Counted from the first letter of the whole stretch, positions 47,143-59,966 are shown. The stretch is 63,483 bases of DNA, filler included, from Asterionella formosa (GCA_002256025.1; 11 parts of 11 records of this genome joined end to end with filler, not necessarily neighbours in it); one strand, 5' to 3'. The notes: generated by a model from the sequence alone, not told the origin. Translations and numbers: made by a program.

Positions 47143-48462
47143 TTACAACGCAGTTCCACGTTCCAAATTTTGTTTTATTTCGGCAGTGGCTTCATCGTAG
47201 TTTCGACTAATCTTCTGATTGAATCTCTTATTGCGTTGATTGATATAGCTGACATCGGAGCCTTCGAATTCTGGAAGCGCACGCTTCTTTGCCTGTTTTT
47301 CCATTCTTCGCTTAAGCTCAGCTGCCAATCGTTTGGCACCCTGGGCTCCGTGCTGGCGGTTCTCAGTCATCATGATAGGTTCGAAAGTAGTAGCAACATC
47401 TCCGGAATAGTCTTGTGATTTGGGCAGAGTTGATAGATTCCTCTGATAATTTCGATGCTGACCTTCTGGATTGTGATAATCTTTGATCGAAAATTGATTT
47501 GTCTCTGCTCTTTCTGCCTTGTTCATGATTTTGCGAACACTGTCTGAAGCTTGTTCAACCATGTACTTGCCCTCAATGCCGTGTTCGGTGGCGACTTGAA
47601 TGGCCTTCTCATTTCGGGCATGCCAATCCCTTTCAATCCTCTCTTTGTCTTGGGAAGCTAACCTTTTGCGCTCTTTCACCATTCCTTCCTTGCTACCAAG
47701 TCTTTCTCCTTCCCTTTGTACTTCCTGCCTGTTTAGCTGTCTGCCTTGGTTCACCTTCATCTTGAAATTGCGCAAACGAGCCATCATGTGTTGTTTCTTC
47801 GTTTTCGGCTTGCCATCGTCGTCATCTTCATCCTCTGGCTCAACATTTCCATCTTCGGAAGGGTAAATATGTTCTATTGTTGTATCTGTTTTGGAGATTT
47901 GGTTCTGTGGTTCTGTGATTTCTTCTCCTTCGTCAAGGTCAATCTCATCCTCATCCTTTCCAACTGGCTGGTCTTTTTCCATGACACCACAACCAGATAT
48001 GACGACTGGCACTCTAGGAACATCATTTCTTCCCGTAGGAACACCTTCCATAGCTTTCAGGATCACTTCACTTCCTTCCACGTGTCCAAAGACGACATGC
48101 TTGCTGTCCAAGAATGGTGTAGGTTGAAACGTAATGAAGAATTGACTTCCATTCGTGTTCGGACCAGCGTTTGCCATACTTAGCATGCCTCGTTTGCTAT
48201 GAGATTGTATGAAATTCTCATCTTCGAATTCATACCCAAAGATAGAGGAACCACCAGTTCCATCTCCCTTGGTGTAGTCACCTCCTTGGGCCATGAAATT
48301 GGGAATGATTCGATGGAATTTGCAATCAACGTACGAGCCCTTCTTTATCAGACTTGTAAAGTTATGAACGGTTTTCGGAACAATGGTGTCATAGAGGATG
48401 AGATCTAATCGCCCAATCTTCGTTGTATCGATGGAGATATCGAAATAGGCACGTTTTGTCAT
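47143..48462 (-). CDS. SYF2: Cyclophilin-type PPIase fused to a SYF2 splicing-factor domain
   Basis: Likely ATG 48462 (MTKRAYFDISI). Cyclophilin motifs FHRIIPNFMAQGGD, LSMANAGPNTNGSQFF, KHVVFG; acidic linker; SYF2 tail DVSYINQRNKRFNQKISRNYD..IKQNLERGTAL. Confidence 0.88.
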   Translation of the reverse strand: MTKRAYFDISIDTTKIGRLDLILYDTIVPKTVHNFTSLIKKGSYVDCKFHRIIPNFMAQGGDYTKGDGTGGSSIFGYEFEDENFIQSHSKRGMLSMANAGPNTNGSQFFITFQPTPFLDSKHVVFGHVEGSEVILKAMEGVPTGRNDVPRVPVVISGCGVMEKDQPVGKDEDEIDLDEGEEITEPQNQISKTDTTIEHIYPSEDGNVEPEDEDDDDGKPKTKKQHMMARLRNFKMKVNQGRQLNRQEVQREGERLGSKEGMVKERKRLASQDKERIERDWHARNEKAIQVATEHGIEGKYMVEQASDSVRKIMNKAERAETNQFSIKDYHNPEGQHRNYQRNLSTLPKSQDYSGDVATTFEPIMMTENRQHGAQGAKRLAAELKRRMEKQAKKRALPEFEGSDVSYINQRNKRFNQKISRNYDEATAEIKQNLERGTAL

Positions 48463-49313
48463 GGTCAATCGCCTGAGATGGATGAATGAATGTTGGGTCC
48501 TTTGTGTCCTGAGCTTATGATACATACAGCTGCCGGTGTACCGAAATATTTTTTCCCCCTGTTTGGCTGTTGTACTACAAAATGTAGTACTGTGGTAGTC
48601 CCTTTTAAACTCTCGCCAGTATACCCCTTTGCTAAAAAGTGTGATATACCTGATGACTTCTAAATTTATCAACATTGATAAATTTGAAATGGCAGATGAT
48701 TGCCAATGTAGAGTGCCTTCAATGAGCTGTTATCTTTCCTGGAACTTGCAAATTGTACATTTCTGGCAGCGCCATTGACATTTTCCTGATACATTTCCTT
48801 CAAAACAATACCAACAAGACCTACTGAGAAAAATGATTTTTTAATTGAAGGGGAGATTTCGCTCAAAAGAATGGGCACTCCCAAACAGAGAGTGCTGCAA
48901 GATGGGGGGAAGACCTAGGAATCAACTTACGTTTATATATTATTCCTACTTGTTCTCATTTCTCCCCTAATCAATATGCATGTAGTGTAACTCTCATGAA
49001 AAATCAACTGAACTTCTTCGCAGTACCGTAGGGCAGAGCGTAAAAAACCTGAGAAGATAAGGAGGCTCCTACATAGGTCCAAAAATAGAGTTTGCAGTTT
49101 CTAGTTTGGTAACTTCGCTATTGTCGCTTCATTAAGATCATATTTGGTCCCATCGCGTAGCTCAAAGAGTCCATCTGTTACTCCTTCCCGCACTGGATTC
49201 GCCCAATGAAGCTNNNNNNNNNNNNNNNNNNNNNNNNNNNNNNNNNNNNNNNNNNNNTTAATTAATTAANNNNNNNNNNNNNNNNNNNNNNNNNNNNNNN
49301 NNNNNNNNNNNNN

Positions 49314-50240
49314 CTCCCGGCGCGGCTCATACGACAGGATGCAGTCCGAAATGACCAAGTCCAGTTGTGTGTTTGGGGGGAAGAGGGCAGTCTCAATATA
49401 TTCTGGGAACGCCTCTCTTACCTCTGTCGTGCATCGACGATTGTTGACCATGTGACGAAAGTGGTTCGGGTCTGGCAGGAATGCAAGGCACGCATCAGAT
49501 TCGACATTTGGGTAACAAGCGCCTATGTTGCTACATTCTTGGGGAAGATGGAACCTGGAAAGGCGCGGTATGGGTGGTATTTCCGACACCACATACCGTA
49601 TTTGGAGAGGGTGGGACCAAGCTTGGCACCTGCGGCCGCAGGTGCTCAGATAAACCCACCCGGATCCCCAACGCCCATGATACCACCAGATGGCTGTGGG
49701 GCACCACTGGTGGTGGGCACCCTTAACATCAACGGGCTGCAGCGGAAAAAAACCGATCTTCGGTTTCTGTTGCAACAAACCCGGTGTGATGTTATGGCGA
49801 CTGCTTTTTTTCGGGTGTTACCCATCCAAAGGGGGGGGCCTCCACTCGCCAAAGCCGGCGGGAGGGACAGCCAACACCTGCCAATGATTTCATCACATAT
49901 TGTGGTGACACAGTGGCGGCTGTCCCCCCTGCCAGGGTCCTCGACACATGGGATATTTCGGACCACTTCCCAGTTGTTGCGGACCCATCTGGGCTTACCA
50001 GAATCCCAGAGATGGGGATCGCCCCACCACGGCCGGAATCACTGTACCGGCGGATTGTGATGGAGGAGAAGGAACTCAAAGTAACCGCAACTGTGGCTAG
50101 TAGTAACTATTGGCAGCCACTAGCTGACTCGCTGGAAGAGGACCTGGAGGATGTAATCGAGTGTTCACATTCACTTGAAAACCCCACCAGTTACCACCAG
50201 GAAAGGTTGAATGGTATGGCCAAGAAGTCGATGATGTTGA
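49314..50240 (+). mobile_element. Non-LTR retrotransposon fragment (AP-endonuclease domain, internally deleted)
   Basis: LVVGTLNINGL..LLQQTRCDV (first APE motif) and WDISDHFPVV (last APE motif) lie close together in different frames; GC-rich relative to host. Confidence 0.65.
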
Positions 50241-50241
50241 T

Positions 50242-50800
50242 CATCTCAATTGACTGGGAAGCTGTATAGAATCAGATTGTATCCAAATCTCAAAATGGGA
50301 ACAATGACTTACACCATAGAATGGTCATCATGTCATGTTGCTGCAATAGTACACAAACTTCAAATTATAGGTTTCTACTACTGGATATTCCATAACTTTA
50401 CAACTATGCGACCTTTCCATGATGTTGGACATCTCAATTGTCTGGGTAGCTGTATGGAATGAGATTGTATCCTTATCTCGATATTGGAAAAATGACTAAC
50501 GCCATAGATTGGTCATCATGTCATGTTTCAGCATAAACACACAAAATTCAAATGATAGTTTTCTATCACTGGATATTCCATAACTTTGCAACTATGCAAC
50601 CTCTCGATGAAGTTGGACATCTCTATTGACTGGGAAGCTGTATAGCATCAGATTGTATCCAAATCTCAAAATGGGAACAATGACTTACACCATAGAATGG
50701 TCATCATGTCATGTTGCTGCAATAATACACAAACATCAAATTATAGTTTTCTACCTCTGGATATTCCATAACTTTACAGCTATGAGACCTCTTCATGATG
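50242..50800. repeat. 188-bp tandem satellite, three units running to the contig end
   Basis: G(A/T)CTGGG(A/T)AGCTGTAT recurs at 50252, 50440 and 50628. Confidence 0.9.
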
Positions 50801-51893
50801 NNNNNNNNNNNNNNNNNNNNNNNNNNNNNNNNNNNNNNNNNNNNTTAATTAATTAANNNNNNNNNNNNNNNNNNNNNNNNNNNNNNNNNNNNNNNNNNNN
50901 TGTTGAAGTATCTACCGGTAGTACTCTTGAGTAGTATATGTCTATACTTAACTCTCAGCTACCGGTAGCTATTTCTCGTGATCTACTTCTAGATCTTTAG
51001 TAAATGTCAGAAACTCACTTTCTGCTTAACTTTATTGTGAGCTTTCTACTACTTAGAAAGAGCTCCTTCCTAAGATCCATTTTCGATCTTTCAACTTCTA
51101 CTTCAATCTTCTCGTCATTGTCTTTACCAAAACAATTCTGTGGTCCCTGGGAGCCACATTTACTACAACACATAGTTGGAGCATAATCATAGTTGCAGTC
51201 ACTTTTGTGACTTGACTCAAATGATCCCTTCACTATTTGTCATAGAACCAGGTACCATTTAAAAATGGTTTGCTTTGAGGCACTTAAGGTTGCGGCCCTC
51301 GGCTTAACCCTAGTTTGGAGAAAACGTCGCTAGGGTTGTAAAAACGGCATGGAACAGGGAGTTTGCTGCTATGAGTTCCCATGATTTGAGTGTCCATTTG
51401 ATTATTTGAATTAAATAGGAGTCGGCGCCAGATAGACAGAGTTCCATTTTAAACAAACAAAAATGATATTTAAACGTTTATACATCGCCATCGATTAGGT
51501 CCTTCGTCTTTGCATGGTTCACTAACCCAAAAGCGATTCCAGTACAGCTGAGGATTAAAAACTGGTAAGCCGATAATCCTCATAATTTTTCTTCTCTTCG
51601 TCGTGCGTCGAAGTCAAATAGACCGCATCTGAGCATGGTTTCATGTCGTTGGCATAGACATGGCGAAACCCCTTGCTTTTGGCCAGAGCAAGCGCCTTCA
51701 CGCTCCACTCATGTCAATGGTTTTCGTCTCCATCAAACTTGATGGTTCCGACTTTCTCTTCTGTTGTATTCATGCTACTTATCTTTTGCTTTGTAGATAC
51801 AAAGGTTCGTTTATACATGTTGAAGTATCTAGTCCTCTTGAGTAGTATATGTCTATACTTAACTCTCAGCTAGCTATTTCTCATGATCTAGCT

Positions 51894-52265
51894 ACATCTA
51901 AGCCGCGTATTACGTGAAGTGACCATCACGTAAATAAGCCTAGTTGATTTTGAATGGATCACATGAATTAGTTGAATACATCAAAATGCTTACTTGAATA
52001 TATCTATATATTATCTGAATACATCACGTTCATTATTTGATCAGAGTATCATGCATGCATTCCTGATCATCACTATATTACGTGATCAACTTCACATAAT
52101 TATTTGAAATACTTCACATAATTATTTGAAATACTTCACATAATTATTTGAAATACTTCAATTAATTCTGTAATTCAGTTCACATTGCCTTAAATTTTTG
52201 TTCACGTAATTCTATAATATAGTTCACGTAATGTATTAAATTTTTTTACGTAATTTAAAAGTACT
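51894..52265 (+). repeat. Near-identical repeat (copy at 59964-60315) with an internal 22-bp tandem unit; probably a transposon end
   Basis: Both start ACATCTAAGCCGCGTATTACGTGAAGTGACC; CTTCACATAATTATTTGAAATA occurs three times in one copy and twice in the other. Confidence 0.8.
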
Positions 52266-52754
52266 ATCAAATAATGTTGAGTACTCATTCAACAACCGGT
52301 ATTTCACATTACATGGGAAACAAATCTCGATATGCAATCAAACAAAGCTGTTCTATCAGAATGGAATCTTCAGTCTTGAGAAGGCANNNNNNNNNNNNNN
52401 NNNNNNNNNNNNNNNNNNNNNNNNNNNNNNTTAATTAATTAANNNNNNNNNNNNNNNNNNNNNNNNNNNNNNNNNNNNNNNNNNNNCACAGTAGTAGGTT
52501 GTGCTGTTTATGTGCGTACCGATACCACGCACACGAATATAAATACTGGTATGTTAAGTACCTGCAAGTTGCGGTCATTTTGCTTAAATAAAAAACTCAA
52601 TATGGAATAAAGATAGCTAAAGGTTTAGTTTCAGCACGATTACCGGAACTTGCCTGGCCTACCAGGTACCATACCAGTAAACACTATCATGGGCGGATCA
52701 TGGCTATCATCATTCAGGTACCAGGTGAAGTATCTAACTAGAAGTAGTAGTATT

Positions 52755-53972
52755 TGTTGAATATATGAGCTTATTAATTAATCCTTATGTATAACTCATT
52801 TCCTGAACTGACATCAAAGTATAGAATGGGTGTTAGTCGAGTTCTCTCATTATTGAATTCCGATATATTTGACATAACCCCAACTCTATATATATCTGTA
52901 TCGATGTGCAGGATTGCTCACTCTCCCACACTTGAGGGAAAACCTTTTACCTATGAAAAGGTTTGATACGACGAATATTAATTCGTTCGGTAATATGCAT
53001 AGTGCGTTGAAAAGTAACTGTACCATTGGCATGTACTTGAATAATAGTATAAGGACCTCGTCCACGATCATCCAAAGTAGTAGGATTATCCAATAATATT
53101 AAAATCTCGTCACCCACTTTGTAATCATAAGATCGACGACGGAAATTTGCACGACGTAAACGTTCGTCAATTATCACCTGTCGACGTTGATGTATTAATT
53201 GTAAATCTGTAATCAAAGGAATATTTAATATCATATCACGTTGGAAAACCCATGCTCCTGGTGAAATACGTAATATACTATGAATAGTAGCTCGAGCTGC
53301 ATATGACGCAGCTGCAAAACATGTATCCACAATATTTTGGGCTTGAAATTCATTGATTGGAGGATGAGCCTTTAACATAACTCGTAGACTATTGCTGATA
53401 GATTGATGGAAACGTTCACAGATAGCATTTGCTTGTGGATTCTTTACTGTGGTAGTCACATCTTTGATTCCATTCAATACTAACATGTGTAAGAAAGGAG
53501 CACCAGTAAATTCACCTCCATTGTCATGTATACAACGTTCTGGACGGGGATATCTGGCTAACCAATCATTTTCAAATTTCATTGCAATATATTCTGATGT
53601 TTTATTGATGATACGTGAAATTTCTGCTAAATTGGTGACTGTGTCAATACAAGTTAGAGCACGAAATTCAATCGTTTGAGCAGCCACTGTTATCTTCCAT
53701 GGACCAATTAGATCTACTGCGACTTCTGACCATGGTAATAATAATGCATTCCTGGGTGGAAGTTCACCAAAACCAGTACCAGGTAATTTTGTACGTTGAC
53801 ATGCTTCACATACTCTTACAATATGTTCCACTCTTGTTTTTAATATAGGGTGATAAAAATGTGTAGCAATTGTAGCATTTAATCTTGTCATACCCACATG
53901 AGCTAACATCTGATGATACCAATTAATAATAGGATCCAATAATGATGTAGGAATAGCAATACGCCAAGTATC
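52755..53972 (-). mobile_element. Ty3/gypsy retrotransposon 3' end: intact integrase ORF (52947-53972), PPT and short putative 3' LTR (~52755-52920)
   Basis: HHCC zinc finger (WYHQMLAH..CEAC), DLIG..HDNGGEF..NAICER catalytic core, RGPY motif; purine tract GGGAGAG then TG..AACA. Confidence 0.88.
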
Positions 53973-54314
53973 NNNNNNNNNNNNNNNNNNNNNNNNNNNN
54001 NNNNNNNNNNNNNNNNTTAATTAATTAANNNNNNNNNNNNNNNNNNNNNNNNNNNNNNNNNNNNNNNNNNNNCCACGTCCACGTCCACGTCCATGTTGAT
54101 AGATCCTTCTGTTTGCAAAATTAACGAGTTTACAAAACAAGCATCGCTCACCATGCATGTATCATAATCAGGGAAACATCCATAAAGAAGAGCATGAACA
54201 TAAATTCCAACTAACAGTTTAACAAAAATGTACCCTGATTGATAATCAAAACATAAAGGGTCCGTAATTAGAATAATAAAAACTAGTTGATCCTCCTAAA
54301 TATTACCATGATGA

Positions 54315-55558
54315 TCATTTCCAACAATGGGTCAAATTGCGAAGTGCTCCATTACCTTTTTCTTGAACACCATCATTGGATGAGTAATTTTTCATAGCAG
54401 ACTCAATTAGGGCTTTTCCACCAGCATTGGATATTGTCACATTGTTGTTGTCATTATTCAAAGCCAAGTTTGTAAGTGCTCCACAACCATATTCTTGCAC
54501 AGTAGCATTTAAGGAATGAATCTTCATTGTAGAGAGAATCGTAGTAATACCTCCTGCATCAGCAATTGTCACCATGTTGTTTTCATTCAAAGCCAAGTTC
54601 ATAAGTGCTCCACAACCTTTTTCTTGCACAGTAGCATTGGAGGAATGAGTCTTCATTGCAGACAGAATCGTAGTGATACCTCCTGCTGCAGCAATCGTCA
54701 CCTTGTTTATGTCATTCATAGCCAAGTTCATAAGTGCTCCACAACCATTTTCTTGCACAGTAGCATTTGAGGAATGAGTCTTCATTGTAGACAGAATCAT
54801 AGTGATACGTCCTGCATCAGCAATAATCATGCAGATCATGCAGACACAAACGTTGAGCAGGAAAGGTATGGGATTTTCCTTCAGCTCCTGTTTGTAATTA
54901 AATGCAAATGAGTTATCTGGGGGAACTGAACCATTGAATGAATTGTTCTCCAATGTTAAGTGAATGAGACTTTTCTGAAGTCCAGGAAATATCTCAGCTG
55001 GCACTGTTCCTGTGAAAGAATTGTTAAACAAATATAGAGAAGTGAGACTTTTCAAGTTTCCAATCTCTGTTGGAAGTGTGCCATCGAATGTATTGGAGTA
55101 CAAAGATAGAACAGTGAGACTTGTCAAGAGTCCAATCTCTGCAGGAAGTGTGCCAGTGAATTCATTGTTGTCCAAATATAGAGAAGTGAGACTTGTCAAG
55201 AGTCCAATCTCTGTGGGAAGTGTGCCAATGAAAGAATTGTCACTCAAAGATAGAGCAGTGAGACTTGTCAAGAGTCCAATCTCTGTAGGAAGTGTACCAT
55301 TGAAAGAATTATCTGACAAACCTAGACCAGCAAGACTTGTCAAGAGTCCAATCTCTGCGGGAAGTGTGCCGTTGAAAGAATTGCTAAACAAAGATAGAAT
55401 TGTGAGACTTTTCAAGTTTCCAATCTCTGTTGGAAGTGTGCCATCGAATGTATTGGAGTACAAAGATAGAACAGTGAGACTTGTCAAGAGTCCAATCTCT
55501 GCAGGAAGTGTGCCGTTGAAAGAATTTTTAAACAAAGCTAGAGCAGTGAGACTTGTCG
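54315..55558 (-). CDS. LRR (24-aa, plant-specific type) + hydrophobic segment + armadillo-repeat protein; 5' truncated
   Basis: About 8-9 repeats of LTSLxxLxLxxNxFxGTLPxEIG; IPFLLNVCVCMICMII; then about 4 ARM repeats (IADAGGITTILSxMKxHSxNATVQExGCGALxNLA). One open frame. Confidence 0.75.
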
Positions 55559-58113
55559 NNNNNNNNNNNNNNNNNNNNNNNNNNNNNNNNNNNNNNNNNN
55601 NNTTAATTAATTAANNNNNNNNNNNNNNNNNNNNNNNNNNNNNNNNNNNNNNNNNNNNGCCTCCACATGCTGCAACTATTTGATTTGCTGTTCGCCTTTT
55701 ACACTTTCAAGTTCACCAAAATCAAAAAAGTACACTCTAATGGCCATGTGGTGTGAGCAGTGTTGGTATGGTAGAAAAGGGCATCTGTATGATCATGGCA
55801 AACACTTTTTAACAAAGCTCACCAGCCATTCTCATCACCATTGAACTTCTTGGTAGTAGCATTTGTTGAGATTCACTGACTTATGAGATCCATTATTTTA
55901 TTTGAACAAGTGAATTGACTACTAGTAATGCTCAAAAAGGATAAACATTATTGAATTGACTGCAATTAAATTATAAATCATTTACTTTTGCTATCTGCAG
56001 GCAATGCTGATAATGAAAGAAACATTCCTAAAGTTCAATACCTCAATTCATGAAGTGTGAGGTATAAAACAGAACCAACCAAGACAACGTACAAAATAAA
56101 TCAGTGACCATTTAAGAAACGTCTGCAAATAAAAACTATCATATTTCCATGATGCATCATAGGATTGTGATCATCTGATCATAATTTTTCGTTATATCAT
56201 CTAATAATTTTGATAAAGAATGCCTTTGTAATTTAAATAGTAACCATTTTGACTATGGAAATTTAATTGTTATACGTAATGTTTCTTTTAGTTTCTTCTA
56301 TTTAAATTACTTGGTAGGATAATGTACCAGTGAAAGTAATGTGGTTTGGCTCATCATCCTCTCCAGTCCTCGCTCTGATTCTTGCAACAACGACAAAGCA
56401 GCCATGTCGAGAGGAACGAATGTTTGTGATAAAATCTTCATTTGTCGTTCAAGTCATCATATGTCTTCGATGAATCATCATCTACATTGCACAGTATGTT
56501 CGTACTATACAATCCGTTAAGAGCTTGAAAAGAAATCCAATGAAAACGAAATGGCTCATCACACAAGACGAATATTTCCGGCCGGTCTGTCACCAGGCAG
56601 AGCATCAATCAGTGTTATAACCTCAATCATAGCTAGAAAACAACATCCATTATAGAACAGCACAATCTACTTCTCCGTAACATCGTCTCTCTAACAAGAA
56701 CGTAATACATCTAGAATTGAAACGCAGCATAACAGGCGATATGCACAAAGAAGCATGAGACTGTGCCGTCTATTTATAGTAACAGAGTGATTCTGGTTTC
56801 ATAATTTTCATGTCTCATTAGATTTTCTTTGTCATCGTTCTAGTTCCTTACCTTTGAAGACAGGAGCGTAGCTATTCTTTGATGTATCTGGAATATTTCA
56901 ATGGATGGCAGCAGTTGGATTTAGACACAAACCTCAACAAAAGCACTAGTACCTTGTAGATGTTCATGAAAAGCGAGACACTTTCCTTTCTATCGCCCAC
57001 CAGCCAGTCTATACTGGAAAAATGCAAGAAGCAAGCACAAGTTGAATGCCCATTTATGGATTCAAGTTTCAGTAGTGCAACAATGTACAATATTAGAAAC
57101 CGGAAGTCACATTTCATCTAATTACGGTTTTCATTAGCTATACTNNNNNNNNNNNNNNNNNNNNNNNNNNNNNNNNNNNNNNNNNNNNTTAATTAATTAA
57201 NNNNNNNNNNNNNNNNNNNNNNNNNNNNNNNNNNNNNNNNNNNNGCAAGTGTGTATGAAAGATATCAGTGTGAATGTTTTTGTAAATGTATTGTCTGCAC
57301 CAATTGAACTGAACAAAACTACTGAATGAAGAACAAAAACTACCAAAATTACCAAAACAACAAAAACAACAACATGAAATTCTATCAAGTTCGGTTTGCT
57401 CGCTGTGAAATGTTTCCTTAGAAGACACACTCGATCGTTCAAGTAACAACTGGTTTGGGACCCAGTAACCCCTACGGAGGTACGCCCTCGAGTTCAATTG
57501 TCTTCTTCTGGTCTCATCTCACAACAGGTAGACCGTTCTAACAAACCAAATGAGGCGGCGAATTACAACAATTTATTATTATAGAGCTAAAGTCTTATGA
57601 AGCTTTTCTTTTCGTGGATGACTATTTTGTATTATAGCAGGAGGCATAACCTTTTTTTCGGTTATGATATGACAATAACTTTGTCTTATAGAAGCTATAG
57701 AACGATTGGAGTTATTTCATTTCATTTCATTTTATCGGTATCGGTATCGGTAGTCTTGAACGAGAGCATCATCATTGGGTTTTAGGGTTTTAGACAACGA
57801 ATAAAGTGAACAACACTTGTTGCGATTCAAGACCTTAGCGACCGTAACTGATTTAAAAACTGGGCACCAACAGGCTTAGTGGCAGGCAACAGGCAACAGT
57901 TTCTCACCCGCCGTACCGTGATCTCCCAGGGAACCAACGTATAAATTAAATGTTTTCAATAAGAGGGAAAAATCCCCGAAGGCTCTTTTCCAACCAGACA
58001 TGAGTTTGTTTATGTCAACGTAATCTCCAGAGTTCAATGAATCGAGCATGCTTGCCACACCGGACCAGGCGTACAAGTATCGAATAGGCTTTTGATCGGG
58101 TAGAAAAGAAAAG

Positions 58114-58200
58114 AAATCAGATGAAATCAGATGAGATCAGATGAGATGAAATGAGATCAAATCAGATGAAATGAGACCAAATCAGATCAGATCTGATCTC
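58114..58200. repeat. Degenerate pentanucleotide microsatellite (AGATG/AGATC/AAATC)n
   Basis: Directly visible. Confidence 0.8.
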
Positions 58201-58589
58201 ACGAAATAATCATCTCGTAATTAAAATCAAAAATCATCCAATGTTCCAACTTTGAATTACATATTTGTTGAACAGTTGTTGATAGGAGGCACAGTCCTTG
58301 GACACTTCGCTACCCGATGATGGAAATATAATGGAACCATTTTGATGCAGACAATGGACAGTGGATTGTGTGGACACAAAATATCGAGAACTCTCATGGA
58401 AGCTTTTTTGCAGAGCTGATGTGACCGCGGGTGACCGCACGCTCGCGTATTCGACTTTGGTATACTACCAGGTACCGGTAGCATCAGAGCAGCTTCTGTC
58501 AAGTCGACAGGACAAGGAGGAGGAGTTAGCGCAGCAATTTGAGTGAATCGAAGAATTCATGGAAGGATTCAGACTTGTCATTGTATCGT

Positions 58590-58629
58590 GCATCGAGCAT
58601 CGAGCATCGAGCATCGAGCATCGAGCATC
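58590..58629. repeat. (GCATCGA)n heptamer tandem
   Basis: About 5.5 perfect copies. Confidence 0.85.
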
Positions 58630-58830
58630 TTTTGCTGGTTCAATTTGTCACACCCCGCCGCCATCAAAAGCGCCCTGTGGCTGTGGATTTTTTTTTATGC
58701 GCAATTTCAAGTGCGAATGTTGTGCAAAAANNNNNNNNNNNNNNNNNNNNNNNNNNNNNNNNNNNNNNNNNNNNTTAATTAATTAANNNNNNNNNNNNNN
58801 NNNNNNNNNNNNNNNNNNNNNNNNNNNNNN

Positions 58831-59966
58831 TTGGTATCATCAGATGTTATCTCATGTGGGTATGACAAGATTAAATGCTACAATTGCTACACATTTGTAT
58901 CACCCTACATTAAAAGCAAGAGTGGAACATATTGTAAGCATATGTGAAGCATGTCAAAACATACAAATTACCTGGTGATAGATTTTGGTGAACTTCCACC
59001 AAGGAATGCATTGTTATTACCATGGTCAGAAGTCGCATTAGACTTAATTGGTCCATAGAAGATAACAGTGGCTGCACAAGCGATTGAAATTCGCGCTCTA
59101 ACTTGAGTTAACACAGTCACCAATTTACCAGAAATTTCATGTATCAATAATAAGACATCAGAATATATTGCGATGAAATTTGAAAATGATTGGTTAGACA
59201 GATATCTGCGTCCAGAACATTGTATACATGACAATGGAGGTGAATTTACTGGTATTCCTTTCATACACATGTTAGTGTTGAATGGAATTTTAAAAATGGG
59301 ACTATTACAGTCAAAAATCCACAAGTAGATGCTATCTGTGAACATTTACATCAATCAATCAGTAACAGTCTATGAATCATGTTAAAGCTCATCCTCCAAT
59401 CAAGGAATTTCTAACTCAGAATATTGTGGATACATGTTGTGCAGCTGCATCATATGCAGCTCGAGCTACTATTTATAGTATATTGCGTGTTTCACCAGGA
59501 ATATGGCTGGGTTTTCCAACATGATATCATGATATTAAATATTCCTTTGATTACAGATAGGCAATTAATATGGGGATATCAATGTCGACAAGTGATAATT
59601 GACAAATGTCTATGTTGTGCTAATTTTCGTCGTCATTCTTGTGATTACAAAGTTGGTGACAAGATTTTAATCCTATTGGATAATCCTACTATCTTGGATG
59701 ACTGTGGACGAGTTCCGTCTTTTAATATTCAAGCATATGCCAATGGTATAGTTACTTTTCAATGAACCATGCATACTGCGGAATGAATTAATATTGATTG
59801 CATCAAACCTTTTCAAAGGGTAAAAGGTTTTCCCTTGGTGTGGGAGAGTGAGCAATCAATACAGATGTATATAGGGTTAGGTTTATATTATATATATCAG
59901 AACTCAATAATGAGAGAACTCGACTAGCCCTTTTTTTATACTTTGGTGTCGACTTCGAGAACGACA
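58831..59966 (+). mobile_element. Degenerate second copy of the same gypsy integrase/3' end
   Basis: Colinear with the reverse complement of 52810-53920 but with stops and frameshifts; same GTGGGAGAGTGAGCAATC PPT/LTR junction. Confidence 0.88.

Noticed and set aside
48463..48675. 71-aa N-terminal extension of the cyclophilin ORF
   Set aside because: Non-ATG start and promoter-like sequence; the cyclophilin domain begins right after ATG 48462.
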